Assembly (NCBI GenBank): GCA_963810095.1
Contig: CAWEMM010000006.1
Coordinates: forward strand, 1,536,001-1,600,000
Reading direction: 5' to 3'
DNA length: 64,000 nucleotides
DNA from: an uncultured Chloroflexia bacterium
GTDB taxonomy: Bacteria; Chloroflexota; Anaerolineae; CG2-30-64-16
This document shows, piece after piece, positions 43,855 through 53,999 of the stretch. Within the stretch, counting starts at the first letter, position 1. Each line of letters begins with the position of its first letter. Made by a program: the position numbers and the translations under genes. The notes under the pieces are model-generated. The model made no database searches and was not told where the DNA came from. It saw only the letters and a program-made list of their open reading frames with translations.

Positions 43855-44017
43855 GCGCGGTTCCGGCCTCTCACTGCGGCTGACGCACGTCATTGCATCG
43901 CGGGCGCAAACACGTTACACTCTTTCCGTTTGACTAACTGCAGTCGTTCCGTCACGGGCCAGGCGCGGCAGCGCCCGGCCAAACCCGGAACGGAACAACA
44001 AAGGAGATGGACTAATC

Positions 44018-45463
44018 ATGGCTGACGTTCCTTCTTACGATGTCGTGGTGATTGGCGGCGGACCCGGCGGCTACGTTGCAGCGATTCGTGCCGCCCAGCT
44101 CGGTCAAAAGGTGGCCGTGGTGGAACGTGAGTTCCTGGGGGGCGTCTGCCTCAATATCGGCTGCATCCCGACCAAGTCGCTCTTGCGGAACGCGGAGCTG
44201 GCGAACATCCTGACCGGCGAGAGCAAGGATTTCGGGTTCAGCTTCGAGAACTTGTCGCTCGATTACGGCGTGGCGCAGAAGCGCAGCCGCCAGGTTAGCG
44301 ACCGGCTGGTCAAGGGCGTCGGCTTCCTGATGCGCAAGAACAAGATCGACGTGTACCAGGGGACGGCGACGCTCAAGTCGGCCAAGCAGATCGAAGTGAA
44401 GGCGACGGCCGAGGCGCCCGCGGTAAACGGCCAGAAATACGACGGGCTGATTGAAGCGAAGAACATCATCATCGCAACCGGGCACCATCCCCGCTCCCTG
44501 CCGGGCATGGCGCCCGACGGCAAGCGCATCATCACTTACCGCGAGGCCTTGTTCCTGACCACCGCGCCGAAGCGCATCGTCGTGGTCGGCGCGGGGGCGA
44601 TCGGCATGGAGTTTGCCTACGTGTTCCGGGCGTACGGGGCCGAAGTCACCGTGATCGAAATGCTGCCCCACGTGCTGCCGCTGGAGGACGAGGAGACGGC
44701 CGCCGAGGTCGCAAAGGCATTCAAGAAGCAGGGCATCAAGGCCCTGGTGAACACCCGGACGGAGGCGATCGAGCCGGCGGGCGAGGGCGTGCGGGTGCGC
44801 GTGAAGGACCAGGGGACCAGCGCCGAGCAGACTATCGAGGCGGACATGGTGCTGGTCGCCGTCGGCGTGGCGCCGAACACGGAAGGCATTGGGCTGGAAG
44901 CGGCGGGCGTACAGACGGACAAGCGTGGGTTTATCACGGTCGACGAGCAATTGCGAACCAACGTGCCGGGCGTCTATGCGATCGGCGACGTGACGGGCAA
45001 GCTGCTGTTGGCCCACGTGGCGAGCGCACAGGGCATCGTCGCGGCTGAGACCATTGCCGGCCACGAGACGCGGCCGCTCAAGGACGCGGACTATGCCTTC
45101 ATGCCCCGCTGTACTTACTGCAAGCCGCAGGTCGCTTCGATGGGCTACACCGAGGCGCAGGCCCGCGAGAAGGGGTATGAGCTCAAGATCGGCAAGTTCC
45201 CCTTTGTGGCTAACGGCAAGGCCCTGGGGTTGAATGAGAAGGAAGGGTTCGTCAAGATCATCGCGGACGCGAAGTACGGCGAAATCCTCGGCGCGCACAT
45301 GGTGGGCCCGGAGGTCACCGAGCTGCTGCCCGAGATGGTGCTGGCCCGGACGTGGGAGCTGACGACCGAAGAGATCGCGCGGACGGTCCACGCACACCCG
45401 ACCCTCTCCGAGGCGCTGATGGAAGCCGCTCACGCCGTCGAGGGCCAGGCAATTCACATTTAG
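44018..45463 (+). CDS. lpdA: Dihydrolipoyl dehydrogenase (E3)
   Basis: GGGPGGYVAAIRAAQLG, GGVCLNIGCIPTK, GAGAIGMEF, AIGDV, HAHPTLSE. Confidence 0.97.
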   Translation: MADVPSYDVVVIGGGPGGYVAAIRAAQLGQKVAVVEREFLGGVCLNIGCIPTKSLLRNAELANILTGESKDFGFSFENLSLDYGVAQKRSRQVSDRLVKGVGFLMRKNKIDVYQGTATLKSAKQIEVKATAEAPAVNGQKYDGLIEAKNIIIATGHHPRSLPGMAPDGKRIITYREALFLTTAPKRIVVVGAGAIGMEFAYVFRAYGAEVTVIEMLPHVLPLEDEETAAEVAKAFKKQGIKALVNTRTEAIEPAGEGVRVRVKDQGTSAEQTIEADMVLVAVGVAPNTEGIGLEAAGVQTDKRGFITVDEQLRTNVPGVYAIGDVTGKLLLAHVASAQGIVAAETIAGHETRPLKDADYAFMPRCTYCKPQVASMGYTEAQAREKGYELKIGKFPFVANGKALGLNEKEGFVKIIADAKYGEILGAHMVGPEVTELLPEMVLARTWELTTEEIARTVHAHPTLSEALMEAAHAVEGQAIHI

Positions 45464-45588
45464 GCAGGAAAAGCTCGCGCTCGGTGGTGGTGCCCGCATC
45501 GCCACCGAGCGCGAGCCATCGGAAGCTTCCTCCCTTGTTCCCCAATGTGCGTGATGTTATACTCAACTCTTAGGAAGGCTATGGTCCA

Positions 45589-45864
45589 ATGACGTGTCCG
45601 GACCTTCTTGACTTTATCTATTCCGACCATGCCACGTGGGAGATGGAAAGACGTGGAATCTCGGAAAGTCACGTTGCAGAGGTTCTGCGTTCAGCCGAGC
45701 AGCGGGAAGAGGTCCGTCACGGGAGGTGCGTTTATCAGGCTCGTCTCTCTTTTGGAGCATTGCGGGAGATGTATCTCCTGCGAGTGTTAGAAGACATAGA
45801 CCGTGTTCCGGCCGTGGTTGTGACGGTATATCGCACGAGCAAGATCGACAAGTACTGGAGATGA
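45589..45864 (+). CDS. DUF4258-family protein (RelE-like putative toxin)
   Basis: YSDHA..EMERRGI....V..VL, VVVTVYRTSKIDKYWR; lower GC than neighbours. Confidence 0.75.
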   Translation: MTCPDLLDFIYSDHATWEMERRGISESHVAEVLRSAEQREEVRHGRCVYQARLSFGALREMYLLRVLEDIDRVPAVVVTVYRTSKIDKYWR

Positions 45865-45867
45865 ACG

Positions 45868-46074
45868 ATGCGTGTAGTCTATGATCGCACTACCGACACG
45901 CTCACGATCATTCTCAACGAGACTCCCATCGTCGAGAGTGACGAGGATAAACCCGGCATCATTCTGGACTACGACGCGACCGGGAACATTGTTTCGATGG
46001 AAGTGCTGGACGCTTCTGAGCGGGTCTTCCAGCCAACAAGCCTGACCTATGAACTGGCCGAACAAGGAGCGTGA
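45868..46074 (+). CDS. DUF2283-family protein (putative antitoxin)
   Basis: MRVVYD..TDTL.I.L......ESDE..PGIILDYD..G.IV..EVLDAS. Confidence 0.85.
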   Translation: MRVVYDRTTDTLTIILNETPIVESDEDKPGIILDYDATGNIVSMEVLDASERVFQPTSLTYELAEQGA

Positions 46075-46131
46075 CTTCTGGTGCCGGTGCCTGCTCAGGG
46101 CGCCGGCCCGGCGTTACGATTGGTGATAAAC

Positions 46132-47103
46132 ATGCAAGGTAACGTAAAAATCGACCCCACGCCGCCCGAGTTGACGCCGCGCAACGCGCCAAAGCGGGCG
46201 CGGCTGCGCGAGCGGCCGGAGGCGCCGGAGGCGACCACGGGCCGGCGGCCAGAGTGGTTGCGGGTCAAACTGAACCAGAACGAGAACTACTGGGAACTCA
46301 AGAAGCTCATGCGCGGGCAGACGCTGCACACGGTCTGCGAAGAGGCGTTTTGCCCCAACCTGGGCGAATGCTGGAGCCGCGGGACGGCCACGTTCCTGCT
46401 CATGGGCGATATTTGCACGCGCGCCTGCCGGTTCTGTAACGTCCTGAGTGGGAAGCCCCTGCCGCTGGACGAAGACGAGCCGCGGCGGGTTGCCGAGTCG
46501 GTCGAGCGCATGGCCTTGCGGCACGTCGTGCTGACGAGCGTCGATCGTGACGATCAGCCGGACGGCGGCGCGCACATCTTCGCCAACACAATCCGCGAAA
46601 TCCGGGGCCGGCTGCCAACTTGCACCATCGAAGTGCTCATACCCGACTTCAAGGCCGACCCGGATGCCTTGCGCCTGGTCATGGATGCGCACCCGGAGAT
46701 CCTGAACCACAACACGGAGACCGTGCCGCGCCTCTCTCGCACGGTGCGGCCGCAGGCGAGCCCGGCGCGCAGCTTGGCCGTGCTGAAGATGGCGAAGGAA
46801 ATGGACCCGGGCGCGCTGACCAAGAGCGGGGTGATGGTAGGCCTCGGCGAGGCGTGGGAAGAGTTGTTGGAGGTGATGGATTCGCTGCGTGCGGTGGACG
46901 TGGACATCCTGACCATCGGGCAGTACCTGCAGCCGACGAAGGACCATCTGCCGATCGAGCGGTACTACCATCCCGACGAGTTCGACGAGCTGGCCGAGGA
47001 AGGCTACGCCCGCGGCTTCAAGTGGGTCGAGTCGGCGCCGCTCGTGCGCTCGTCGTATCATGCCGACGGCCAAGCGCGCATCATCGCGCCCCGTGGTGTC
47101 TGA
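46132..47103 (+). CDS. lipA: Lipoyl synthase
   Basis: [67 protein letters not shown]. Confidence 0.97.
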   Translation: MQGNVKIDPTPPELTPRNAPKRARLRERPEAPEATTGRRPEWLRVKLNQNENYWELKKLMRGQTLHTVCEEAFCPNLGECWSRGTATFLLMGDICTRACRFCNVLSGKPLPLDEDEPRRVAESVERMALRHVVLTSVDRDDQPDGGAHIFANTIREIRGRLPTCTIEVLIPDFKADPDALRLVMDAHPEILNHNTETVPRLSRTVRPQASPARSLAVLKMAKEMDPGALTKSGVMVGLGEAWEELLEVMDSLRAVDVDILTIGQYLQPTKDHLPIERYYHPDEFDELAEEGYARGFKWVESAPLVRSSYHADGQARIIAPRGV

Positions 47104-47109
47104 ACGCAG

Positions 47110-47153
47110 TGCGGTGTGGGGTTGCCCGTCGGGCAACCCCACACCGCATTTTT
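47110..47153 (+). terminator. Rho-independent terminator-like hairpin after lipA
   Basis: TGCGGTGTGGGGTTGCCC-gtc-GGGCAACCCCACACCGCA followed by TTTTT. Confidence 0.7.
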
Positions 47154-47164
47154 GATGCTAGACC

Positions 47165-48292
47165 ATGCAAATCCTCACTATCGACGTCGGCACGGGCACC
47201 CAGGATATCCTCCTTTTTGATTCGGAGCGCACGCCCGAGAACTGCCTCAAGCTGGTTGTTCCTTCGCCGACGCTCCTTCTCGGCCGGCGCGTCAGCGCAG
47301 CCACGGCCGCCGGCCAACCCCTCCTCATTACGGGTGTGCTGATGGGCGGCGGCCCGGTTTCATGGGCGGTCGAAGCTCACCACCGGGCGGGCTTGCCCAT
47401 CTATGCCACCCCGGCCGCGGCCCGCACCTTCAACGACGATCTGGAGGCGGTGCAGGCCGACCTGGGCGTGATCCTGGTCGACTCGGCGGAAGCCGGGCGG
47501 CTAGCGGAACGGGACTCCTGGGCGCACGTCGAGTTTCGCGACTTCGATTACCCCGCCATCCGAGCGGCTTTTGCGCAATTCGGCCTGGACCTGGAGCCAG
47601 ACGCGCTGGCCCTCGCCGTGTTCGATCACGGCGCTGCGCCGCCGGATGTGAGCGACCGGCAGTTTCGCATGGACTACCTGGCCGGGCGCCTACGAGAGGA
47701 TGCACGGCTCAGCCGCCTGGCATTTTACGCTGCCGACGTGCCAGAAGCGATGACCCGGCTGGCGGCGCTGGCGAGAACGGCCCAGTCCGCCCTCGACGTG
47801 CCGGTGGTCGTCATGGACACCGCGCCGGCCGCGGTGCTCGGTGCGCTCGACGATCCTGTGGTGGTGCGCGCGCCTGCGCCCATCGTGGTTAACGTCGGCA
47901 ACTTCCACACGCTGGCGTTTCAGTTCGCGGGGGGACGTTTCCTGCGCCTGTTCGAGCACCACACGGGCGAGTTGACGCAGGCCGAGCTGACCGGCTGGCT
48001 GCGAGCGCTGGCCGACGGGTCGATCAGGCATGAGGCCGTCTTTGCCGACAGCGGGCACGGCGCGCTGGTTCTCGACAAAGCCCCTCAGCCCCTGGCCCAT
48101 GTCGCCGTGGTGGGCCCGCGGCGCGCGCTTCTGAAAGATGCAGGGCTGCCCGCGTATTTTGCCGTGCCGCACGGCGACCAGATGCTTGCGGGATGCTTCG
48201 GCCTGCTGCGCGCGTGTGCCGACCTCGAGCCGGGGTGGCGCGAACCGATCGAGGCTTCCCTCGCTGGCGGCTCAGACCGCAGTCTGTGGTAA
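47165..48292 (+). CDS. DUF1786-family protein (ASKHA-like fold)
   Basis: ILTIDVGTGTQDILL, ENC.KLV.PSPT, G.LMGGGP, AA.TFNDDL, DHG, SDR.FR, MDT..AA..GAL, NVGNFHTL, FEHHTG, GHGA, PHGD.ML.GCFGL. Confidence 0.85.
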   Translation: MQILTIDVGTGTQDILLFDSERTPENCLKLVVPSPTLLLGRRVSAATAAGQPLLITGVLMGGGPVSWAVEAHHRAGLPIYATPAAARTFNDDLEAVQADLGVILVDSAEAGRLAERDSWAHVEFRDFDYPAIRAAFAQFGLDLEPDALALAVFDHGAAPPDVSDRQFRMDYLAGRLREDARLSRLAFYAADVPEAMTRLAALARTAQSALDVPVVVMDTAPAAVLGALDDPVVVRAPAPIVVNVGNFHTLAFQFAGGRFLRLFEHHTGELTQAELTGWLRALADGSIRHEAVFADSGHGALVLDKAPQPLAHVAVVGPRRALLKDAGLPAYFAVPHGDQMLAGCFGLLRACADLEPGWREPIEASLAGGSDRSLW

Positions 48293-48311
48293 AGTAGGGG
48301 CTGGAGGCGAG

Positions 48312-48797
48312 ATGGCTGAGTCAGAGACGTTCAGGTCAATCATGCGCATGTTTGACTACGGGTTATTCATTCTGACGTGCGCGGGACACGGGACGCCGCG
48401 GGCTGCGACCGTCAGCTGGGCGATGCAGGCATCGTTCGAGCCGAAACAGGTGGCCGTCGCGCTGCGCAAGCGCACGAGCATCTGTGACGCGGTGCAGACG
48501 GAACGCCGCTTCGGGCTGCACGTCGTGGGCGAGAACCAGCCGGAGCTGGCGCGCGCGTTCTTCAAGGTCCAGCAGAGCGGCGAGGCAGAGATGTCGGGGT
48601 ACCAGTACGGGCTGCTGGCGAGCGGTGTGCCCATCCTTCATGCGACGGCGGCATGGCTGGAGTGCGAGGTGGTGGAGCAGGCGGGCCAGCGAGGCGACCA
48701 CGCCATCTTCATTGCGACGGTCGTCGACGGCGCGATCCAGGTTCCCGGCATGCGAGCGCTCGCTCTTCGTGACACTGTCTGGCATTATGGCGGTTGA
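48312..48797 (+). CDS. Flavin reductase family protein
   Basis: YGLFILT, TVSW.MQASFEP, AWLECEV, GDHAIF, WHYGG. Confidence 0.88.
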   Translation: MAESETFRSIMRMFDYGLFILTCAGHGTPRAATVSWAMQASFEPKQVAVALRKRTSICDAVQTERRFGLHVVGENQPELARAFFKVQQSGEAEMSGYQYGLLASGVPILHATAAWLECEVVEQAGQRGDHAIFIATVVDGAIQVPGMRALALRDTVWHYGG

Positions 48798-48814
48798 ACC
48801 GATTGGAGGTTGTG

Positions 48815-49324
48815 ATGTCCCCCGAACCGGCGACCACTGATGTTCGCACCGAAGCGTTGAATCTCCTTTCCAACGGCGTTTATGTCCTGACCGCAGCAAC
48901 GGCCGACACGCTCCACGCCGCGACGGTGACCTGGGCGGTCCAGGTTTCTTTCCAACCCGCGCTGGTGCTGGTCGCCTTGCGACGCAACTCGCACCTGGCG
49001 CAGGCGGTGCGAAAGGCGCACCGTTTCGCACTCAACACGCTCGCGGCAGATCAGCCGGAGCTGGCGCAGCGGTTCTTCTCCCATTACACGCTCCCGGCCG
49101 AGCCCCTTCCCGGTCCCGACTCGCCGTTCCGGCTCACCGTCGGCAAGTGCCCGCTGCTGACCGAAGGGATCGCCTGGCTCGAATGCAAGCTGGTTGCCGA
49201 ACCGGTGTCGCCGGGCGATCATGCGCTGATGCTCGGCGAAGTTTCGGGGGCCGGCGTACGCCGCCAAGCGCGCCCCATGGTTCTTCATGACACGCCGTGG
49301 TCCTACGGCGGGATTAAAGGCTGA
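48815..49324 (+). CDS. Flavin reductase family protein (paralog 2)
   Basis: NGVYVLT, TVTW.VQVSFQP, AWLEC, GDHAL, WSYGG. Confidence 0.88.
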   Translation: MSPEPATTDVRTEALNLLSNGVYVLTAATADTLHAATVTWAVQVSFQPALVLVALRRNSHLAQAVRKAHRFALNTLAADQPELAQRFFSHYTLPAEPLPGPDSPFRLTVGKCPLLTEGIAWLECKLVAEPVSPGDHALMLGEVSGAGVRRQARPMVLHDTPWSYGGIKG

Positions 49325-50529
49325 TGGCACCTACTACCTCACCCAACTTCAAGGCCGAGGCGGAACTGCTCTCGAGCCAGCTCATTGCGTGGCGCCGGGA
49401 CCTGCATGCCCACCCGGAGCTTGGTTTCGAGGTTCACCGCACCGCGGGCATGGTCGCCCGGACTCTGGCCGAGCTTGGCTGCGAAGTTCGGACGGGCATC
49501 GGTCGTACCGGCGTGATCGGACTCATTGCGGGCGGCAAGCCGGGACCTACGGTTATGCTGCGTGCCGACATGGACGCGCTGCCCATCCAGGAGATCAACG
49601 ACGCGCCCTACGTTTCGCAGGTGCCGGGCGTAATGCACGCCTGCGGACACGATGGGCACGTGGCGATGGGCCTTGGCGCCGCGACGTTGCTGGCCCGGCA
49701 CGCTGCGGACCTGCCCGGCCAGATCCTGCTCGTCTTCCAGCCGGCAGAAGAAAGCATGGGCGGCGCGCGTGCGATGATCGACGGCGGCGCGCTTGACGAT
49801 CCCGCGCCCGCGGCGGCCTTTGGCCTGCACCTGTGGAACACGATGCCATTAGGGCGCGTGGTGGCGCAGGCGGGACCCATCATGGCGGCGGCAGACGTGC
49901 TGCGCATCCTGATTCGGGGCAAGGGCGGTCACGGCGCCTTGCCGCACGAGGCGGTGGATGCCATCGCCGTCACCGGCCAGGTGCTATCGGCGCTGCAAAC
50001 CATTGTGAGCCGCAACGTCGACCCCCAGGAAACGGCCGTGCTCACCATCGGGACGGTGCACGGGGGGACGGCGTTCAACGTTATCAGCGAAACGGTCGAA
50101 ATGCAGGGCACAATCCGCACGTTTTCGCCCGCAGTCCGTGAGACCGTGCTCACCCGCCTCAAGGTGCTTCTGGACGGTGTCACGGCAGGCATGGGCGCCC
50201 GGTACGAGTTGGAGATTCAGGACGCGACGAGCGCGGTCGTCAACGATTCGGTGATCGCGGAGATCGGCCGGTCGGCGGCGCTGCAAGTCGTGGGTGCAAC
50301 GAATGTAGCCTGGCAGCCGCCGTTCATGGTCAGCGAGGACTTCTCCGAGTTCGCCAACCGGGTGCCGGCGTGTTTCATGCTGCTCGGCTCGGGCAATCCC
50401 GAGCTCGGGCTCAATGCACCGCACCACAACCCCCGGTTTGATATCGACGAGCGGGCGCTTCCGTTGGGCGCGGCGCTGTTGGCGACGGCGGCAGCCAAAT
50501 TCCTGGTCGAAAGGCAGCCTGGTTCTTGA
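49324..50529 (+). CDS. M20 family amidohydrolase
   Basis: RRDLHAHPELGF, LRADMDALP, MHACGHDGH, FQPAEE, GGHGA.PH, SEDFS, HHNPRFDIDE. Confidence 0.93.
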   Translation: MAPTTSPNFKAEAELLSSQLIAWRRDLHAHPELGFEVHRTAGMVARTLAELGCEVRTGIGRTGVIGLIAGGKPGPTVMLRADMDALPIQEINDAPYVSQVPGVMHACGHDGHVAMGLGAATLLARHAADLPGQILLVFQPAEESMGGARAMIDGGALDDPAPAAAFGLHLWNTMPLGRVVAQAGPIMAAADVLRILIRGKGGHGALPHEAVDAIAVTGQVLSALQTIVSRNVDPQETAVLTIGTVHGGTAFNVISETVEMQGTIRTFSPAVRETVLTRLKVLLDGVTAGMGARYELEIQDATSAVVNDSVIAEIGRSAALQVVGATNVAWQPPFMVSEDFSEFANRVPACFMLLGSGNPELGLNAPHHNPRFDIDERALPLGAALLATAAAKFLVERQPGS

Positions 50530-51188
50530 CCCAGTTGGTCGCGCTGTACGGCACCTTTATGCTCGTGACGCTGTCGGGCGCGCTGTCGCCCGGCCCCCTG
50601 ACGGCCATCTGCTTTAGCGAAGGCGTGCGCGCGGGGCGTTGGTCGGGCACAGGGTTGGCTATCGGGCACGGACTGGTCGAGTTTCCGCTCGTTCTGGCGA
50701 TCGCCTTCGGCCTGAGCAAGTGGCTCCAACAGCCGCTGGTCAACGGCGTGGTCGCGCTTTTCGGTGCGAGCGTGCTGTTGTGGATGGGTTACGGATTGGT
50801 GAGCGGGGTGCTGCGGCGACAGATGAGCCTCGCAGCCGCCACCAGTGCAACCGCGCCGGCCATGCTGAAGTTCGGCCATGTTCCCGGCGGCATGGCACTC
50901 ACCGTGACCAATCCCTACTGGTCGCTGTGGTGGGCCAGCCTGGGCGCAGCATACGTGGCCCGCACGACCGCGCTGGCCCCGGGGCTCGCCTCCGTGAGCG
51001 GCCTGTGGGCCACCCACTGGCTCATCGACCTGGCGTGGCTTGGCGGGCTGGCGTTTGTTGCCGCGTCGGGCCGCGGGTTCATCACCGACCGGGTTTATCG
51101 CGGCGTTCTGTTAGCGTGCGGGGTGTTCGTGATCGGGTTCGGGTTTTACTTCATGTGGTCGGGGGCGCAAACGCTGCTCACACGCTAG
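50526..51188 (+). CDS. LysE-family translocator
   Basis: SGALSPGP, GHGLVE, NPYW.LWW, six hydrophobic segments; TTG start overlaps the upstream stop. Confidence 0.85.
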   Translation: MTQLVALYGTFMLVTLSGALSPGPLTAICFSEGVRAGRWSGTGLAIGHGLVEFPLVLAIAFGLSKWLQQPLVNGVVALFGASVLLWMGYGLVSGVLRRQMSLAAATSATAPAMLKFGHVPGGMALTVTNPYWSLWWASLGAAYVARTTALAPGLASVSGLWATHWLIDLAWLGGLAFVAASGRGFITDRVYRGVLLACGVFVIGFGFYFMWSGAQTLLTR

Positions 51189-51234
51189 CATCTTCGCCGT
51201 GGTGTCTAGGAGCGCCCAAACCCGTGTCGGCAAA

Positions 51235-51272
51235 GTAGGAGCGAGGCATCCCTCGGGGTGCCTCGCTCCTAC
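51235..51272. repeat. GTAG-type REP-like palindrome
   Basis: GTAGGAGCGAGGCATCC-ctcg-GGGTGCCTCGCTCCTAC. Confidence 0.7.
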
Positions 51273-51287
51273 ACGACTGTCTCAGAT

Positions 51288-51316
51288 TTGTAGGAAGAAC
51301 CACAAAGCAGTATAAT
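51288..51316 (+). promoter_or_regulatory. Sigma70-type promoter for gdhA
   Basis: TTGTAG, 17 nt, TATAAT. Confidence 0.65.
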
Positions 51317-51495
51317 GCGCGCGCCTGAGGACAAAGGTGACCTTGGCTTGCCTCCATGCGCCCTCGCAAAACGCAGCTCCAGGTCCCGGTTCATCTTGTC
51401 CAGATCGGTCTATCTCCTTCAGGCAGTGCTTGTGCCGTTCTACGCGGGCGAGGCTCGTCACCCCGCCTGGATTTTACACGAAGGAGTGATCCCAG

Positions 51496-52746
51496 ATGTC
51501 AACACTTAATCCCTTCGAGATTGCCCAGCACCAGCTTGACGAAGCTGCGGAACTGTTGGGACTCTCGCCGGCCATGCACGCTTTTCTCCGCGTGCCCATG
51601 CGTGAGATGCATTTCAGCATCCCGATCATGATGGACGATGGCTCGTACCAAACTTTCCAGGGCTTCCGCGTGCAGTATAACGACGCGCGCGGTCCTGCCA
51701 AGGGCGGTATTCGCTTTCATCCGGATGAGACGATCGACACGGTCCGGGCGCTGTCGGCCTGGATGACATGGAAGACGTCGGTCGTCGATATCCCGCTTGG
51801 CGGCGGCAAGGGCGGCATCATCTGCGACCCGAAGAGCCTGTCTGTCACGGAACTCGAACGCCTCAGCCGCGGCTATATGCGACGCATCGCGTACTTCATC
51901 GGCGAGGACAAGGACGTGCCGGCGCCGGATGTCTACACCACGCCGCAGATCATGGCCTGGATGATGGATGAATACGAAACCATCAAGGGCCGCCATCTCC
52001 CGGGCATTATCACGGGCAAGCCGGTGCCGCTCTTTGGCTCACTGGGCCGAGGCGATGCGACGGCGCGGGGTGGCATTTATGTAACCCGCGAGGCAGCGAA
52101 CTGCCTGGGTATGAAGCTCGAGGGCGCACCGGCCGCGATCCAGGGCTATGGCAACGCGGGCCAGTTCGCGCACCAATTGGGCAAGGACATCCTGGGCCTG
52201 AAGATCGTCGCCATCAGCGACTCGAAGGGTGGGATCTACAAGGCGGACGGCATCGAGTTCACGAAGGCAGTGCAGTGGAAGGAAAAGACCGGCAGTGTGG
52301 TCAACTTCCCCGGCGCCGAGAACCTCACGAACGCCGAGTTGCTGGAACTGCCGGTCGAGGTGCTCTTCCCTTCCGCGCTCGAAAATGTCATCACGGAAAA
52401 CAACGCGGACAAAATCAAGGCCAAGATCATCGCCGAACTGGCGAATGGTCCCACCACGCCGGAAGCGGACAAGATCTTGTTCGATAACGGCAAGTTCGTC
52501 CTGCCTGACTTCCTGTGCAACGCTGGCGGCGTCACGGTAAGCTACTTCGAGCAGGTCCAGAACGCGTACAACTTCTATTGGCCCATCGAGGAGGTCCAGG
52601 CGCGCTTGGACGCCAAGATGACGAAGGCCTTCCATGCGGTCAACGACATGTCGGTGGCCCACAAGACGCACAACCGCCTCGGGGCATACCTGGTGGCGGT
52701 GAAGCGGGTGGCCGACGCGGTTGCGACCCGCGGGTGGGCAAAGTAA
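51496..52746 (+). CDS. gdhA: Glutamate dehydrogenase (Glu/Leu/Phe/Val family)
   Basis: [61 protein letters not shown]; AAGGAG RBS. Confidence 0.95.
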   Translation: MSTLNPFEIAQHQLDEAAELLGLSPAMHAFLRVPMREMHFSIPIMMDDGSYQTFQGFRVQYNDARGPAKGGIRFHPDETIDTVRALSAWMTWKTSVVDIPLGGGKGGIICDPKSLSVTELERLSRGYMRRIAYFIGEDKDVPAPDVYTTPQIMAWMMDEYETIKGRHLPGIITGKPVPLFGSLGRGDATARGGIYVTREAANCLGMKLEGAPAAIQGYGNAGQFAHQLGKDILGLKIVAISDSKGGIYKADGIEFTKAVQWKEKTGSVVNFPGAENLTNAELLELPVEVLFPSALENVITENNADKIKAKIIAELANGPTTPEADKILFDNGKFVLPDFLCNAGGVTVSYFEQVQNAYNFYWPIEEVQARLDAKMTKAFHAVNDMSVAHKTHNRLGAYLVAVKRVADAVATRGWAK

Positions 52747-52801
52747 GACGGGAGATGAGGAAACCCGGTTTCTGCGGAAAGACTGGTTTCTGATCGAACG
52801 C

Positions 52802-52843
52802 AAAAAGAAACCTCCGAGGGCTGTGAGCCTTCGGAGGTTTTTC
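52802..52843. terminator. Bidirectional Rho-independent terminator between gdhA and korB
   Basis: AAAAAG-AAACCTCCGAGGGCT-gtg-AGCCTTCGGAGGTTT-TT between convergent genes. Confidence 0.8.
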
Positions 52844-52869
52844 ATGCGTCGGCGAGAACACCGATTCCG

Positions 52870-53928
52870 TTACAGCTTCGCCATGACTTCTTCGAGCGCC
52901 TGCCGGCTCGGCCGCAGTTTTTCGTCGGGCAGGAGGGCCAACGGCGTGTCCGCGTAGTGCAGCAGTTCGTGCAGGTCGGGACGCTCTTCCTGGTTGATGT
53001 AGATCAGCCCGGTGATAAACTGCTGCTTCTGCCGCGCCTGTTCGAGCGTGATAAAGGCGTTCAGTTTGCTGGTCGGGTCATAGTCCGGGTCCAGCTTCTT
53101 CAGCACGATGCGCGAGCCGTCGTGCATCGCGACTTCCATCTCGCCTTCGTAATAGCCCACGCTGATCTCCTCGAAGGGCGGGATGAAGTTCAGCTCGTTG
53201 AGCGCGGTCTCCTTCTGTTTGCCCCACGTGTAGCTCTTGGTCGAGTCGTCGTGATTGTTGAAGGTGACGCACGGGCTGATGATGTCGAGCACGGCGATGC
53301 CGCGGTGGCTGAACGCGGCCTTGAGCAGCGTCTCCACCTGGCGGGGGTCGCCGGCGAAGGACCGAGCGACGAAGGTGGCGTTGGCGGCGAGCGCCTCGAG
53401 GCAGATGTCGAGGGGCGGCAGGTTGTTAACCCCCGCGTACTTAAGCCGCTGGCCCAGGTCGGCCGTAGCGCTGAACTGGCCCTTGGTCAGGCCGTACACG
53501 CCGTTGTTCTCCACGATGTAGACCATGGGCACGTTGCGGCGCACGGCGTGCTTGAACTGCCCGGTGCCGATCGATGCGGTGTCGCCGTCGCCCGAGATGC
53601 CGATGACGGTCAGCTCGCGGTTCGCCACCGCCGCGCCGGTCGCCACCGCCGGCATGCGCCCGTGCACGCCGTTGAAGGCATGGCTCTGGCTCATGAAGTA
53701 CGCGGGCGATTTGGACGAGCAGCCGATGCCGCTCATCTTGATCAGCTGCGTCTGGTCGAGGCCGAGTTCCCAGGCCACATTCATGATGCGCTGGCTGATC
53801 GTGTCGTGGCCGCAGCCCTTACACAGCGTGGACGGCGCACCCTTGTACGCGGCCTTTTCGAGGCCGAGAGTATTCACTTTGACCGCGGTGGCCGGAGCCG
53901 GCCGGGCGGTTTGAGTCGGGGTTGTCAT
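52870..53928 (-). CDS. korB: 2-oxoacid:ferredoxin oxidoreductase beta subunit
   Basis: LCKGCGH, SGIGCSSK, HGR, SGDGD, NNGVYGLTKGQ, SPCVTFN. Confidence 0.92.
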   Translation of the reverse strand: MTTPTQTARPAPATAVKVNTLGLEKAAYKGAPSTLCKGCGHDTISQRIMNVAWELGLDQTQLIKMSGIGCSSKSPAYFMSQSHAFNGVHGRMPAVATGAAVANRELTVIGISGDGDTASIGTGQFKHAVRRNVPMVYIVENNGVYGLTKGQFSATADLGQRLKYAGVNNLPPLDICLEALAANATFVARSFAGDPRQVETLLKAAFSHRGIAVLDIISPCVTFNNHDDSTKSYTWGKQKETALNELNFIPPFEEISVGYYEGEMEVAMHDGSRIVLKKLDPDYDPTSKLNAFITLEQARQKQQFITGLIYINQEERPDLHELLHYADTPLALLPDEKLRPSRQALEEVMAKL

Positions 53929-53999
53929 ACTAGTGTCTCCTGATCCTACGGAAGTCGTGGTTCTGGCGCCGGCCGTGCCGGCCCCGGAAACCGGGCTTC

